From the NCBI GenBank assembly GCA_001643675.2, contig LSRY02000051.1, forward strand, positions 434,001-498,000: a stretch of 64,000 nt of DNA. The letters are read 5' to 3'. Shown one piece after another: positions 37,940 to 51,000 of this stretch. The position numbers were made by a program, and so were the translations under genes. Origin of the DNA: Monocercomonoides exilis PA203 (lineage: Eukaryota > Protista > Preaxostyla). The notes under the pieces are model-generated. The model was given only the letters and a program-made list of their open reading frames with translations. It did not search any database and was not told the DNA's origin. Positions within the stretch are counted from its first letter, which is position 1. The number at the start of each line of letters is the position of its first letter.

Positions 37940-40715
37940 TTCTTCTTCTATTTCTTTGCAAAGCAGCATCAATGCAACAAAAGAAACAGCCTGCGATGAA
38001 GAGCAACCATCAGCACACGATGCAACTCATTCAAAGACATCTGCATGTTATTCGTCATATTCTTTTCCTGCTTCTCCTCCTTCTCAAGACAGCCTCCTCA
38101 CTCCTTCAACGCGAGCTGAACAGTTTTATGCCTCGTCTAATGCTCTTCCAACGTCTTCAATTGCATCCAGCGAATCGACAAGCTCTTTGGAAGCACCCCA
38201 ACCGTCCTATTCGCCCAACCAGGCGCCGATTCTTGAGACAGACCGGCTGCTGTGTGTTATCAGAGAGCAGAGCGATAAGCAGAAGGAGATTGAAAAGATG
38301 CTGGCGGTTCTGAAGGAGAAGTTTGTGAAGGCGAACGAGAATTGGGAAAGGGAGTGTGAGTGGATGAGGAAGAAGTATGTTGAGTTGGAGAGGGAAAAGA
38401 ATGAAGTGGAAAGAGAAAGAAAGGAGAGAAGCGAAAAAGTGAAGGCAGAAGAAGAGCAGAAGAGGAAAGAAGAAGAGGAGCGAGAAGAGGAAATAAAGAA
38501 TTTGAGTCAAGAGAATGAAGAACTGAAGAAGATATTGGAAGATTTAACGAAAGATAAAGAGCAAATAAACGAAGAGAGCAACAGAATGAAATCAGAATTG
38601 AACAAGAAACTTGAAGAAGAAAGAAGGAAATATGACGAAATGATGGAAGAGAACGAAGGTTTGATGGAGAAGAGAAGAGAAGAAGAAGAGAGACGGACAG
38701 AAGAAGAGAGGAAAAGAATAGAGATGGAAGAAGAAATCAGCAAGATGAGAGAGGAAATGACAACATTATATAAAGAAAGAGATCGAGAAAAGCATGAAAT
38801 GCTATCGAAAATCGAAGAATACGAAAAACTTGATCAAATGAAGAATGAAAAGAAGACAGAGGCTGAAAGAGAAATTGAAAGCATCAAAAAAGAAAAAGAA
38901 GAGCTGAAAGAAAGAATCACACAAATTGAGAAAGAAAACAACGAAAAAGAGCAAAAAGCGAAAGAAGAGAAAGTTTCAATGGAGAAGAAAATGGATGCTA
39001 TGGAGAAGCAACAGAAGGAGGCAAATGAAAATATGAACAGATTACTAAAAGAAATTGCTGAACTTGAAAACGAGAAAAAGAAAATGCAGACAGAAAACGA
39101 AGTGTTTAAAGAAGAAAAAGAGAAAATGGAGAAAGAAAGCAAAGATTTGAAGATTCAGTTGGAAGAGCAAATGGAAAAGGAACAACAGGACAAAAGCCAA
39201 GAAATATCAGAAGAGAACGCGAAATTGAAGGAGGAAGCTGCAAAATGCTCAGAAGACATCAAAAAAATGATTGAGGAGGTTCAGCTGCAGCAGGTGCAGA
39301 ACGAGAAACTGAGAGAAGAAGCAATGAGAATGAGCTTATTGAAAGAAGAACTGGCTTGTAAAGAGAATGAATTGGAAAAGCAAAAGAAAGAAATCGAAGA
39401 AGAGAGAAGATTGAGAGAGAAAGAAGAGAAAGAAAGAGAAGAAGAGATTGAGCATTTGAAAGAGATGAATGAGCAAGCTAAACAAAGCAACGATGTTTTG
39501 CAAAAGCAGAATGAAGATTGGAAGTTGAAGTGGGAAGAGTTGAAGGAAAAATTGTATGAAGCAGAAAACGAAGTTAAGCGCAAAGAAGAGATCATCAGTC
39601 AAATGGAAGCGAATGATGAGGGAAGAAAAGACAAAGATTCCACTGAAGATGGACAAGCGAAGGATGAAGAGAAGACAGATGCACAGACACAAGAAGGGTG
39701 TGGTGCAGCTGAGTCTGATTCACACACACCTTCCAAGTCTCGCTCTTCTCAGACATCAACAGCATTGAATTCAACAGCGCTTCAAACAACACCTCACCAG
39801 TCTGCAACAGAAACTTCATCTGCTTTTTCAACAAATCCTTTAAGTTCAGTTTCTCCACGCATCCACAATTCAGACAAGGACTCCTCACTTATGCACACAA
39901 ATGTCCTTTCGACTCCTCAGAAACAAGCACAGCTGGCAGACACTGCATCGACTGAAGCGACTCCAACAGCTGCTATTTTGGCTGCTGAATTTGCAGCATC
40001 AGCTTCTCCTTTTGCCTCTTTCTCACCAACTTCGTTGTCTTTGGCTAAATCGTCTTCTCTCTTTCCTTTTTCATCTGACCTCCTTTCACAGCCACATCAC
40101 TTCCATTCTCTTTCCACGTCATTTTCTCGTCGTTCTGCTGAGGCCTCTCCTTCTGTCCCTTCTTCTCTTGTCTCGTCGCTTTCTTCGCCTTCGCCTTCTC
40201 CTTCTTCCTCTTCTTCCACAAGCTCTTCTTTCTCTCTGTTTTCGCTTCTTTCTTCTCTTTCACTGCTTTCCTACCAAAACGCGTCACTTCAATTGGAAAG
40301 CGACCGAATGCTCATTCAATTTCTTGCTGCGCTGAAAGCAGCAGAAAATCAGGAAGAGTGTCTGAAGCAGCTGTCTGAAGCAGTTGCCGAGCTCATATTG
40401 AGAAGCGATGTTGAGCTGGTGACTTTATCAAAGGAGTATGCAAGCGGAAAAGAGAGTTCAAAAATTGATGCCAAAGAAGAGAGAAAAGAAGGAAAAGAGG
40501 GTGCAGCAAAAGAAGAGAAAGAAAGAAAAGAATTAAAGCAAAACGAAAAAGAGACACACAAACCAAAAGCAGAAAGCAAAAGTGGAAAAGAAATTAAGAA
40601 AGAAGCAAGACCCGGAATTGGAAAAATGAACGAAAAATCAAAAAACAAAGTTGTGAAACCAAAGGAAGTTTCCAACATAAAAAGAAAATCGGGAACAAAA
40701 TCTGTGCAGAATTAA
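35340..40715 (+). CDS. Large protein with WD40/beta-propeller-like N-terminus, Ser-rich linker and long coiled coil (5' exon structure approximate)
   Basis: 1554-aa ORF 36051-40715 with IWGCGDQGRVFQWD and IWIGGIQGNVW. Upstream exon near 35619-35824 has VWISDDNGWILIY. E/K-rich heptads run about 38250-39620. Confidence 0.7.
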
Positions 40716-41150
40716 TTGAAAAACTCAAAAAATCAAAATTTCTTGCTTTAGAATCATATTTCTTCATAATTTGCAAACCTTCAAACAACTTACTGTATTT
40801 ATTTTATTCTATTAACCTTTTTGTGAAGCAAAGACCAGTTAAAAGTTGAATTCCAATATATGTTATGTGGTTTTTTTTATTTTAAGAAAATTTTAACAAT
40901 TCATTTCGGTTTTCATTTCAATAGAATATCTTCAGTGAGAATAAAAAACACAATAGACATATCATCACACATTGATTCATTGCATTGAAAACAAAAAAAT
41001 AAGTTTATCGAAAATCTGCGAATATTTTAATTTAATGATATATATAATTATTTTTTGTAATCAGAAAAACACTTTGAAACGCGCTTTAGTATTTACCATT
41101 GAAAATCTAGATACTTTAAAAATCTTTAAAATTGCACTTACACAATTTTC

Positions 41151-43775
41151 ATGGTAAATATTAATGCGAACAACAAAAGCATTTGTTGTAATCATGTGAG
41201 GCGCAATTGCTGTAATCCTGCGTCAATTTTCATTTATATACTTATAACGTGTGCATTTTTAGCAGAAGCATTATTTATTACATCTTTTTTAAATGCATAT
41301 TAAATGCTTAAAAATCATTGAAAGTGCTTTTCAAGGATGTGTAATCGTTCATTATTTTGCTTTGCAGCTTTTAGTGTACTGGGACATAAATTGCATTTTG
41401 TGCATTTTTCATACGTTGTTATTTGTGGTGATTATGATATTTGAAATTGCATCTTATAACGCAGTGTTGTATGTTTTCAATCTTTTTTAATATTTCTGTG
41501 AAATGGAGTCGATAACGATTTTGTTTTTATTCATTATAATTTGCTCCTATGAGTTGGACAGATCCAGGAGCAATACCTAATTGGTGGATCGATTTAATTC
41601 AACAAGAAATCGATCACAAAGATAATTCAACTTCCTTCAGGAGAAATGTTGATGAAAATAATTGCCAAAATGAAAATCAGATAAAAATGAAAGCTGACAC
41701 ACAAGCGAAAGATATTATCATCGATGAAAGTGAATACGAAATGAGCTCAAATGAAGAGGATAATAATCCTTTTGCAAGTATACCACCATCAATTGAAAGT
41801 ATTTCTTTATCAAAGCAGCTTGCAGGGAGTTGCGATCAAAAATTCAAGACCAGTGAAATATTTTCGTTAAGAACTGAAACACCTTTCGACATTTCAAATC
41901 AAGATGGAAACATTTTTAATTCAAAACCTGTTTATTTAGAAAAGCATAACTCAAAAACATCATTGCTTGAGCAACATGCAAATTTGAATCAAATAAAACA
42001 GTCAATTTCCAATCATTTGTCACATTCCTCTGAAAGCGTAGTACAGTTTTTGAGTAATATGCCTTTGTCATTTCGCTTTATTTCCCCTTCTTCGAGCTCT
42101 CCTCAATCAAGATCAAATACGATTTCAACATCTTCGCCATTTAAATATTTATCTTCTTCAAGTTGTGAATGCAACAGTGCAGAAGATCCGATATTCTCTC
42201 TTTTTGATACAGCCACTTTTTGTTTTAAATGCCAACAATTTCGTCCAGCACGAGCCCATCATTGCTCAGTCTGCAAGCGTTGTATTCTCAGAATGGACCA
42301 TCATTGTGTGCTTTGAAAACGAAGGAAAAAAAATGTTAAACGATTTGGAAGAAAGAAAATAATTGAAAAAGATACAAAAAAAAAATTGAAAAAAAAGAAG
42401 TTTTTACATTAAAATGAATAAACTTTGAATTTAATTTAATAATTTTGAAAATTTAACATTTTTTATTTCATTTTGTTTTTTCATTTTGTTTTTGTTTTGT
42501 CTGTCTATCTATCTCTTTTTAGGTCCTTGGGTTGGAAATTGCATAGGGGCATTCAACCACAAATTTTTCATTCTATTTCTGTTATATACAATTATTGCTG
42601 GAATTGACATTTGCGCAAGCTCAATTATTGTTATTGGCAAAGTTTGAAAAGACAAAATTTGGCCTATTCTATTTGATATTATGAAATTATTCATATAAAA
42701 GAAATAAATATTTTTTTAAAAATTTATTCTTTATTTTTAATCGAAAATTTTGATTTTCAATCATTCATGATTTTGTCAACTTCATTAATTTCTTTCTTCC
42801 TTTATTATTATTATTATTAAAATTATTAGTCACTCAAAAGTCTAACTTTTGAAGCATCTTCAATGACGAAATTTTGCTTGCTTCTTGCTGTGCCAATATT
42901 AACATTTGCATTTTCAATAAGTGCACTTATGATGCTTTCTTCTCACATACCACTTGCTCTGAAAAATCAAACAACACTCGAAAAGTTTGAAGAAGAAGAC
43001 GCAAAGATCGAATTAGAGAGAATGAAAAGAAGAAGAAGAAGAAGGGAGGAGAGAGAAAGGACTGATAAACATAAAGAAATTGAAGAGAACAGAGACATTT
43101 CTGATGAAAGAGAATCTAAAGAAAAGAATGAAATCGAGACTCTTGAAATTATTTTCAAGAAAAAATGGAAGTATTATTTAGGTTCAAAAAAGAACAATTT
43201 GAAGGTTGTGATGGGAAGAAATGTGAAAAGGTTTGCAATATTAGAATTTTTGAAAAAAATGTTATAATGTGAATGAACTTATATGGAATTCATTTTCTTT
43301 TGTGAACGTCAATGATCTTTTGAAAAAATTATAAAAATGTGTAAATAATGTTATCTGTTAATCTTTCTTGAAATTTCTTTGTTTTCCCAGCTGGTGGAAC
43401 CCTTTTGTGCTTCCATCAATTCCGTTTAATGGATGTATTCATCCAATTTATTATTCTGAAACACCATCGTTTCTTTCTTCTTCTTCTCCAATCTCATCTT
43501 CAGCTTCGCATTCTTCATCTGACAATCATTCTTCAAATGCTTCAATAAATCAAGAAATGACCGATACAAAAGCAATTAAGCAAAAATCAAGGCAAAAAAG
43601 TATTCGAATATTTGATCCTTCACGGGACACATCTCAATCACGTTCACTTCTTGCAACTGAAATTGCTCCGTTATCATACAATTCAACAGACGCATATTTG
43701 GCATCTCCCACTTCAATTGATCTCCTCACTTCAGCTGATTATCCATATCCATTATTTGATCTAAATTCTCCTTGA
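41151..43775 (+). CDS. DHHC palmitoyl-acyltransferase (ZDHHC family), 6 predicted exons
   Basis: Two N-terminal TM segments, [54 protein letters not shown] after splicing, TM4 and NQTTLE (TTxE) motif. Confidence 0.95.
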
Positions 43776-44041
43776 AAAAAACGTCTCCAACATTTTATAA
43801 GGAAAAAATTTCTGATTAAGTCAATTTTTTCCAATAATTTGAGTTTGATTCATTTTTTATCAAAGTTTGAAGCACCAAAATTAAAATATTTTTACATTTG
43901 TTTATTTTTTTGTTGAAATGAGAGATTTTTAGTGAAATGAAACTTTTGTAAGTCTTAAAATGTTTTTGAAAATTCTTTTTTGATAATAGTAAAAAGAATT
44001 CATAACAGTTTTTACAAGTGACAAATAATTACCAATTCACG

Positions 44042-44085
<44 letters not shown>

Positions 44086-45087
44086 ACAGATAAAAACATA
44101 ACTAAAAAAATTCGTGATGACAAAAGCAAGCAAAAAATGAGAGATAAAGAATGATCGAAAGCAGATTGATAAAAAATAGTGAAAAACATGAATAAATAAA
44201 CTGGTTAAGATTTCATGGTAAAGTTTTAGTGGAATGGAAAACACTCAAAAAGTCAGATAAGATATAAATAAAATTTCAAAAAATAGAATGTTCAAGCGGC
44301 ATTCGAAAGAAAATGCAAATAGCATAGGCCAGACACAACGAACCCCCTTTCCATTATCGCACAAAAAAGAGTTGTACTTATGTTTTTTCATTTATTTTCA
44401 ACTCCAACGCTGATAAAAATTCTCAAAGAAATACATCAAATAACTGGGCAAAACCTATAAGAATATTCAACACAAAACCAATTAATAGAATAAAATCCAA
44501 ATAAGTTGATTTAAGTGCTAATTCTAACATTAAAACAACCAATAACGCTAAAGAAAAGTGGTAATAAGAACACTGAAAAATAACAAGATGATTAAATCAT
44601 AAAGCAACAGAATAGTGAAATAACAAAGATTTCATGATTATAAAATCTGAAGAATAATTTAATTAGAAAAAGATGCTTGTTCAAAGCATAAAGGAAAATT
44701 AGGAAGCATTGCATTTTTTTGAATTTTAAATGCTGCATATCATTTGTATCAAAAGGGACTTGAATCGATTCAAGAGAAAATTTTCTGATAAAAGCAACCA
44801 CAATCGCAATATGGATTCTTTTCGAATTCGCTATCCCATGTGAGAATTATGGAGAAAATCGTTTCTGAAATTATCTAATTTCTTCATTATATGAATCATC
44901 CTGTTATGAATCAAATCCACGTGTACTAGTATTTAATGATAAATGCTTCAATTCTTGTAATATGGAATTATTTATCTTTTCCTTCAACCCAAGAAAGTGA
45001 ATTGGGGTTTATCCAAGGGTAAGATGGAATTTGGAGTAATTGCAAGCATTTTCTGTTGCAATATCTTTGATGTTGTTTCTTTAAAAT

Positions 45088-48000
45088 TTACTGTGGTCCA
45101 TTTGTTTCTTCTGAAAAGCAATTATCATCTTCAACTGATTCTATGTCTTCAACCTTTTTCTGTAAAGATTTTGCTTTCTTTCCTTTTCTAAGTTTTCCTT
45201 TTTCCCTCTTTTTCCCTCTTTTTTTTCCTCTTTTTTTTTGAGAAGGCGATGGGCTGCTATCAATTACTAGATGCATGATTTCATCAGATATGACAGGGAA
45301 CGGGGAATCGATGATTGAGATAACTGAGTCTGCAGGCATGCTCTTGTCAAAACCATCGACCTGTTGGATAGTCTCAATACAAAAATTTTCTGGCTCGATA
45401 GGTATGGAAATATCATTGATTCCAATTCTTTGTGGACCTTGGCTCTGCTTCTTTTCCAGTAATGTTGATGAAATATCATTCGTCTCTTTTGTTATTTTGC
45501 TATCTTCTCTTTTCATTTCTTCCGCTTCCTCTAATTTCACTTTCTCTGAATCTATTTCTATAAATGGCATTTTTGATATGCTCTGTTTCTTTCTATAAAG
45601 AACAGCTAATATAATAAACGCAATTATCATGATTACGATAATTACAACACAAGCAATAAATGCAATTATGCTCCATTCAAGTTTCCCTTTTTTTGGTGAT
45701 TCGGTTTCATTGTTGGATATTTCGCTGTTTGCTTCTGTGCTATTCTGCAAAATGAAAGATATTGTTTCCGAAGGAGATTCCGCATTCCCAAATAAAACGC
45801 AAACGCTTGCCTCAGTCGTCTTCTCGTCCCAACCCAGACTTGAGAGTTGTACTGTCAATCGAATATTCTTTTCGTCAATCGAATATTCTTTTTCAAGAAT
45901 TTCTTTAACAATGTGATGGCCATCACTCCTGTTTAACGTGAACTGTAACGATAAATTGCATGGAATAAGAAGCTTCCCTTTCAGCTCAATTTGCGCATCT
46001 TGCCCCTGACTTGAGGCCGTAACAGATTCAAGATGTGGTGTAAATAAGGGAGAAGCTCTCTTTCCAGCTATTCCGCCAAGTGTGCATCCCTCATTCAATA
46101 TCCATAGCGATGAATCGTCTTTTAATCCATCACCATCTTTTAAGCTGACCAACTCTAGCTCCGCTGCATTTTTGCATATTATATTTCTTCGTAGAGATTC
46201 ATACTTCTCAATCTTAGGATTATTGTCCGAATAAATTCCCATTTCGATTCTCACTTTTCCTCCCACGACTGATAATCCTCCATTCTTTCCATTTATAAAT
46301 GCAGTTTCCTTCATAAAAACTTCGCTTTTCTTCAATTCCATCATTGATCCATTCCATCCACAAATATCTTCAATTGAAGAAAATTGTTCAGGATTATTAT
46401 TGATGGATGCATTTGATTGGAGTTCTGAAAAAGAATTCAATTCGTTCAAAGACTTATCGCAAAGCAAGCGAGAATTAGAATTAGAAAAAAGACCTGCATT
46501 AAAAGTGCTAAAAGAAATTGATGTCACAGATTTGCTTATTCCAATAAATGGAGCGTTGCAATTATCCTCAAAGCAATTAAATGAGCAGTTGCCAATGTCA
46601 ATAGTGGGACATTTTTCAAATATATCAGCTTGTGGATTGCCAATCAATGGAAGATCATCAAATTGTGAATAAATAAGCGGAAAACATTGACTTACGCTTT
46701 TTAATTTTGCTAATGATTCGACAGAAAGTCCACGAGATAAATTTGAAAATGACGAATGAGATAAAGAGAAGTTTATTTTTTCATCAGAATTGTATCTTTC
46801 ATTTGGATCCGCTATTGAATAAAAAGAGCTTTCAATATCATTTATGATTGTGTCATCCACAGTCATTGAGGAAATTGATATATTCCCACAATTTTGATTC
46901 AAAACAATTGGGCTAACTGCAAAAGCCAATCCATTCATTCGAAATTCGCTTATCGTTAAATCACCTCCTTCAATTAGTAATATGTTCATAGCAATTTGGA
47001 AAGGATCATTCGTGGATCTTTTCAAAAGTGCATTAGCAGTTTGATCCGCTTCTTCATATGTTAATTCAATTGACGTGAGATGCGCGTGTCCTTCTGTAGA
47101 TTTGATAACTGCACCACAAGCCAATTCTCTCGTAATGTGCAGAGAAGCATTTTGCAATGCAAAGAATTTTGAATTACACAGCAATCCTGTGGTAATTTCT
47201 ATACTTTCATTTCCTTTTAAAACCAAAGTTATTTGCTTAGTTCCAGGAGATTGAGAAGAATCTTCATTATGAGGTTGAATAGTTGTTCCAGATACGTCAT
47301 TAGAGCTGGTGATATAGCATTTCCCATCGATTTGAATATATTTGTCATCACCTTCAAGACGACTTAAAGCGTCAGAAAAGCTTTTACAAGGGATGCTTGT
47401 AGTACCGCAAAGTTTTGAGTCAATTCCATCATCTGCAATAACCACAACTGACGATTTTTGCTCCCACAAATCAAATAGGTTGACATCTTTTGAATCCAAA
47501 GCATCAGCCCCGTAAAGAGCATTCTTCTGATCATATCCATCAAAAAACGAGAAGTCGAACCAGCTCATTACAGCGCCTGTGCTCAGTCGTGTTGCATACA
47601 CAAAAACATCTCTTCCACATTTCGCACTATTGAATTTAAACGTTGGTGAGGACAATAAATAACTTCCAACAAACGGAGGCAGAAGATTCAACAGCAAAGC
47701 TCCTCCTCGTCCATTTGACAAGTTTGCGCTTGAAGATGAGAAAGCTGAATTGTTTATCAGCAACTTCATTTTGTTGTCCAATGCCAAATACATGGAGCCT
47801 CCTTGGCTTTCTGAACCATCAACATTAACGTTGCTGAATCTAACTTGGCTAAAGTTTAATGACTGATCTTGTTGGTTATCATTTAGCTTTTTCATTGCGA
47901 TGCAACCTCCATGAGTCCCACTGCTTTTAATTTGCGTAAAATTCGAATAAGATACAGAACCTGCTGAAATGTAATTCATTGCAATCAATGGGCAACTCAA

Positions 48001-51000
48001 ATTCACATTGTTGAAGTTACATCTATTCACAGTAAAGCTTCTGATATTAACAACTTGAAGAAAACCATCACAACCATTTGCATTTGACTTTGAAATGTTT
48101 GAATAACTCAATGAAATGCGAATAGTTTCATATTTTTGCTGATTTTCGTACCCAGCAATCATAAAGCTTGCATCCTGATAATTCAAATCGCTTAATGAAA
48201 CATAACTAAATGAAACATTTCCATTTATCATATTCAGAAATGGATAATTCAACGATTCTCTTGTCGCATTGTTTGATATTGAACAACTACCATATTCCAA
48301 ATTTCCTCCATTAACTGTTGTGAAACTATTTATCGAACCGTGTCTCTTTAACAAAATCCTTAATGTTTTAAATGATATCTTTGTAATAATCTCAAATGCC
48401 GAATTTCCTTGGAAAGCTGTACCATCTTTTGTAGTCAATGTGCTTTTTGATTTATCTGTTCCTTCAATAGAAATTTGGTAATCTTGACAATTAAGTGATA
48501 TTCTCTTTTCCACACTTGACTTGTTGAGAATTTTACAAATTCTTTTTGAATAGCTTGTTTTAGCTCTCTCAATTGCTTGACTTATTGTAGCGCATGGATA
48601 TTTTTGATATCCACAAATATAATTATCTATTCCATTATCATCTATACTGCTGTTACTAAATGTTCCCAACGTAAATGCAAATAATGGAACAGCATCCACA
48701 TCTGGATCATTTATTAATTCACTTCCAAGAAATTCATCAATGTTTGCTCCGCTAGCAAGAAAGTTAAACGTTGTTGATTTCACAATCTCACTTAAATCTT
48801 TTGCATATAGAAACATCACTGATCCGAATATGGCTTTGTTATCAATGCAATTATTCATATCGCTAACTCTCATATCCATTTTCATCGGAAGATTTTCCAA
48901 ATTATGAACATACATTCCACCGCCTTTACTTCCATCTTTCAAAAGTCGGCATTTCTTAAAGATCAAATTGCTAAATAATAACTTATAATTATCAGCATTT
49001 CCAAATGAATTATAACAACTTTCCTCTTCGGAAATGCGACAAAAAAATCCACCTCCCACTAATACTATATTCCCTTCATCAAAATCGATAGCTTCACAAT
49101 TTTCAAACAGGCAGTCTTCGATTATTAATTGTTCGAATTCTTCTTTCATATTGATAACATTATTGTTAATATTTACAAATTTTTTCATTAATTTCATATT
49201 TGTTTTTCTAGTATTTAAAATAAACTTTAAACCTCCTCCTCCTGCTTCCTCATAACTGCCGCCACTAAATCCCGTGCATTTAACCACAAGCCCCGTAAAC
49301 TTGCTGTTCGTTACACTTCCTCTGACACATCCCTCAATCTCCACCCCTCGCCCACTCACAAAACTAGAATCACCATCTTCCGTAGCTCCACTAATCGCTG
49401 CTCCCGAAATAATGAAACTATCCGCCTTCGCCACACGCACAAGACTCCCGCAACCTTCCTCAGAAACACTCTTCGTAATAGTAACCTCCTCCATATTTAC
49501 ACTTACACCTTCTCCCGCTTCCACTTTCACCAGATACGCCTTCCCTCCATTCCCTCCATTCACTTTGCAATCGTTCATCCACACATCCACCAAATTAACT
49601 TTATTTGCAACTTCTCCTCCTCCTTCTCCTCCGCCCTCGGCAACTTGCGAGCTCACCCCATACTCATATTCAATCATGCTCTTCGAAAGCTTCATTGCCT
49701 TAACCGTCACATCACTCATGCTCAGATTACTTCCCCCTTCATAGTGGATCACTCTCCATCCAATCGTCTCTTCGCTAATTTCTGCCCCATCAAACTCAAC
49801 ATGCTCCACACTCAGGCTCACTCCTGCCCCCTCACTCCACACAACACTGCTGCTCTTATTCCCTGCTTTATTCAATGAAAAATAGACATTCTGTATAACC
49901 AAATTAACATGGCTCGTAATCGCCCCCTTCGCATCGCCTTCCTCTCCTTCATTCCTTCCGCTGACTCCTGGTTTGCTCTCAATATCAATCATCACTTTCA
50001 TTTTTTCTGCACTCCCATCTTCACTTCCTGCTGCCCCATCAATAATAACTTTCCCAGGCAGAGCACCATTCGCTCCATTTCCTGCCAAAAGCTCAATCGG
50101 CGCCTTAATAGCATAATTCGCCCCAGAAAGAACAATCTTCGCCTCATCACTGCTTACATCCCACCCAGCATTCTCATATGCATAATCAATCTTCACACAC
50201 GGCAGATACTTCCTCCCGCATCCCAGAACATCTTCCCCGCCCACCTCAATCTCCTTTTCCTTTTTCCCCATCATCACATATGCCCCCTCGCTTTCATCCC
50301 AATCAACCAAATATCTCAGCAGGCTCTCAGTCTCCTCTCTTATTGTTTTCTCACCTTCCCCTTCTGTATCTTCTCTAAAATACCCTCCTTCCATCTCGTG
50401 CCGCCCTTTCGCACTTTCCGTATCATATTCAAAATCAAATCTGATTTTTTCCACAATCTCCGAAGCATTAGCGACAGGATATCTAACAAACAAATTCCTG
50501 CCGTGCAACGCATAACACTCATCTCTTTCACCGACGCCAAACAGATTCTTCTTTCCTGCCATCGGACCTTCCGTGTCTCCTTCCTCGTTCTCTTTTGTAA
50601 CACCCCCCAAATAAAATTTCATATTTGTATTCTGTACATCCAAGAAGATCCCTCCTCCTCGACCCTCAGTGTTATTGGCATCCTCTGCCATTCCCGTCTC
50701 ATCCTTCTTTTCCCCCGCCCAGCACGACTTAAACATGCACCCCTTAATCTCAATCCTGCCTCCTTCACCCGCACCATCATCTTTTTTCCCAAGCACACAC
50801 CACACCCCTCCTCCCACTAAAAGCGCTTTTTCCTTCCCTGCTCCAATAACTTTGCATCTTTCAAACTGGCATCCTTCTATAGCCAGCTGTGCTTCTTCCT
50901 CTTCCGTTCTAATATCGCTTGCATCCCCATTTCCGCTTTTCTCCATCGACCGCCCCGTCACTCCCGTCGCCTTCACAGTCGCCTTCAGCCCCCCGCCTCC

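Noticed and set aside
49909-50820. 303-aa plus-strand ORF within the GC-richer module
   Set aside because: Antisense to the surface-protein frame and explained by its composition; no recognisable motifs.
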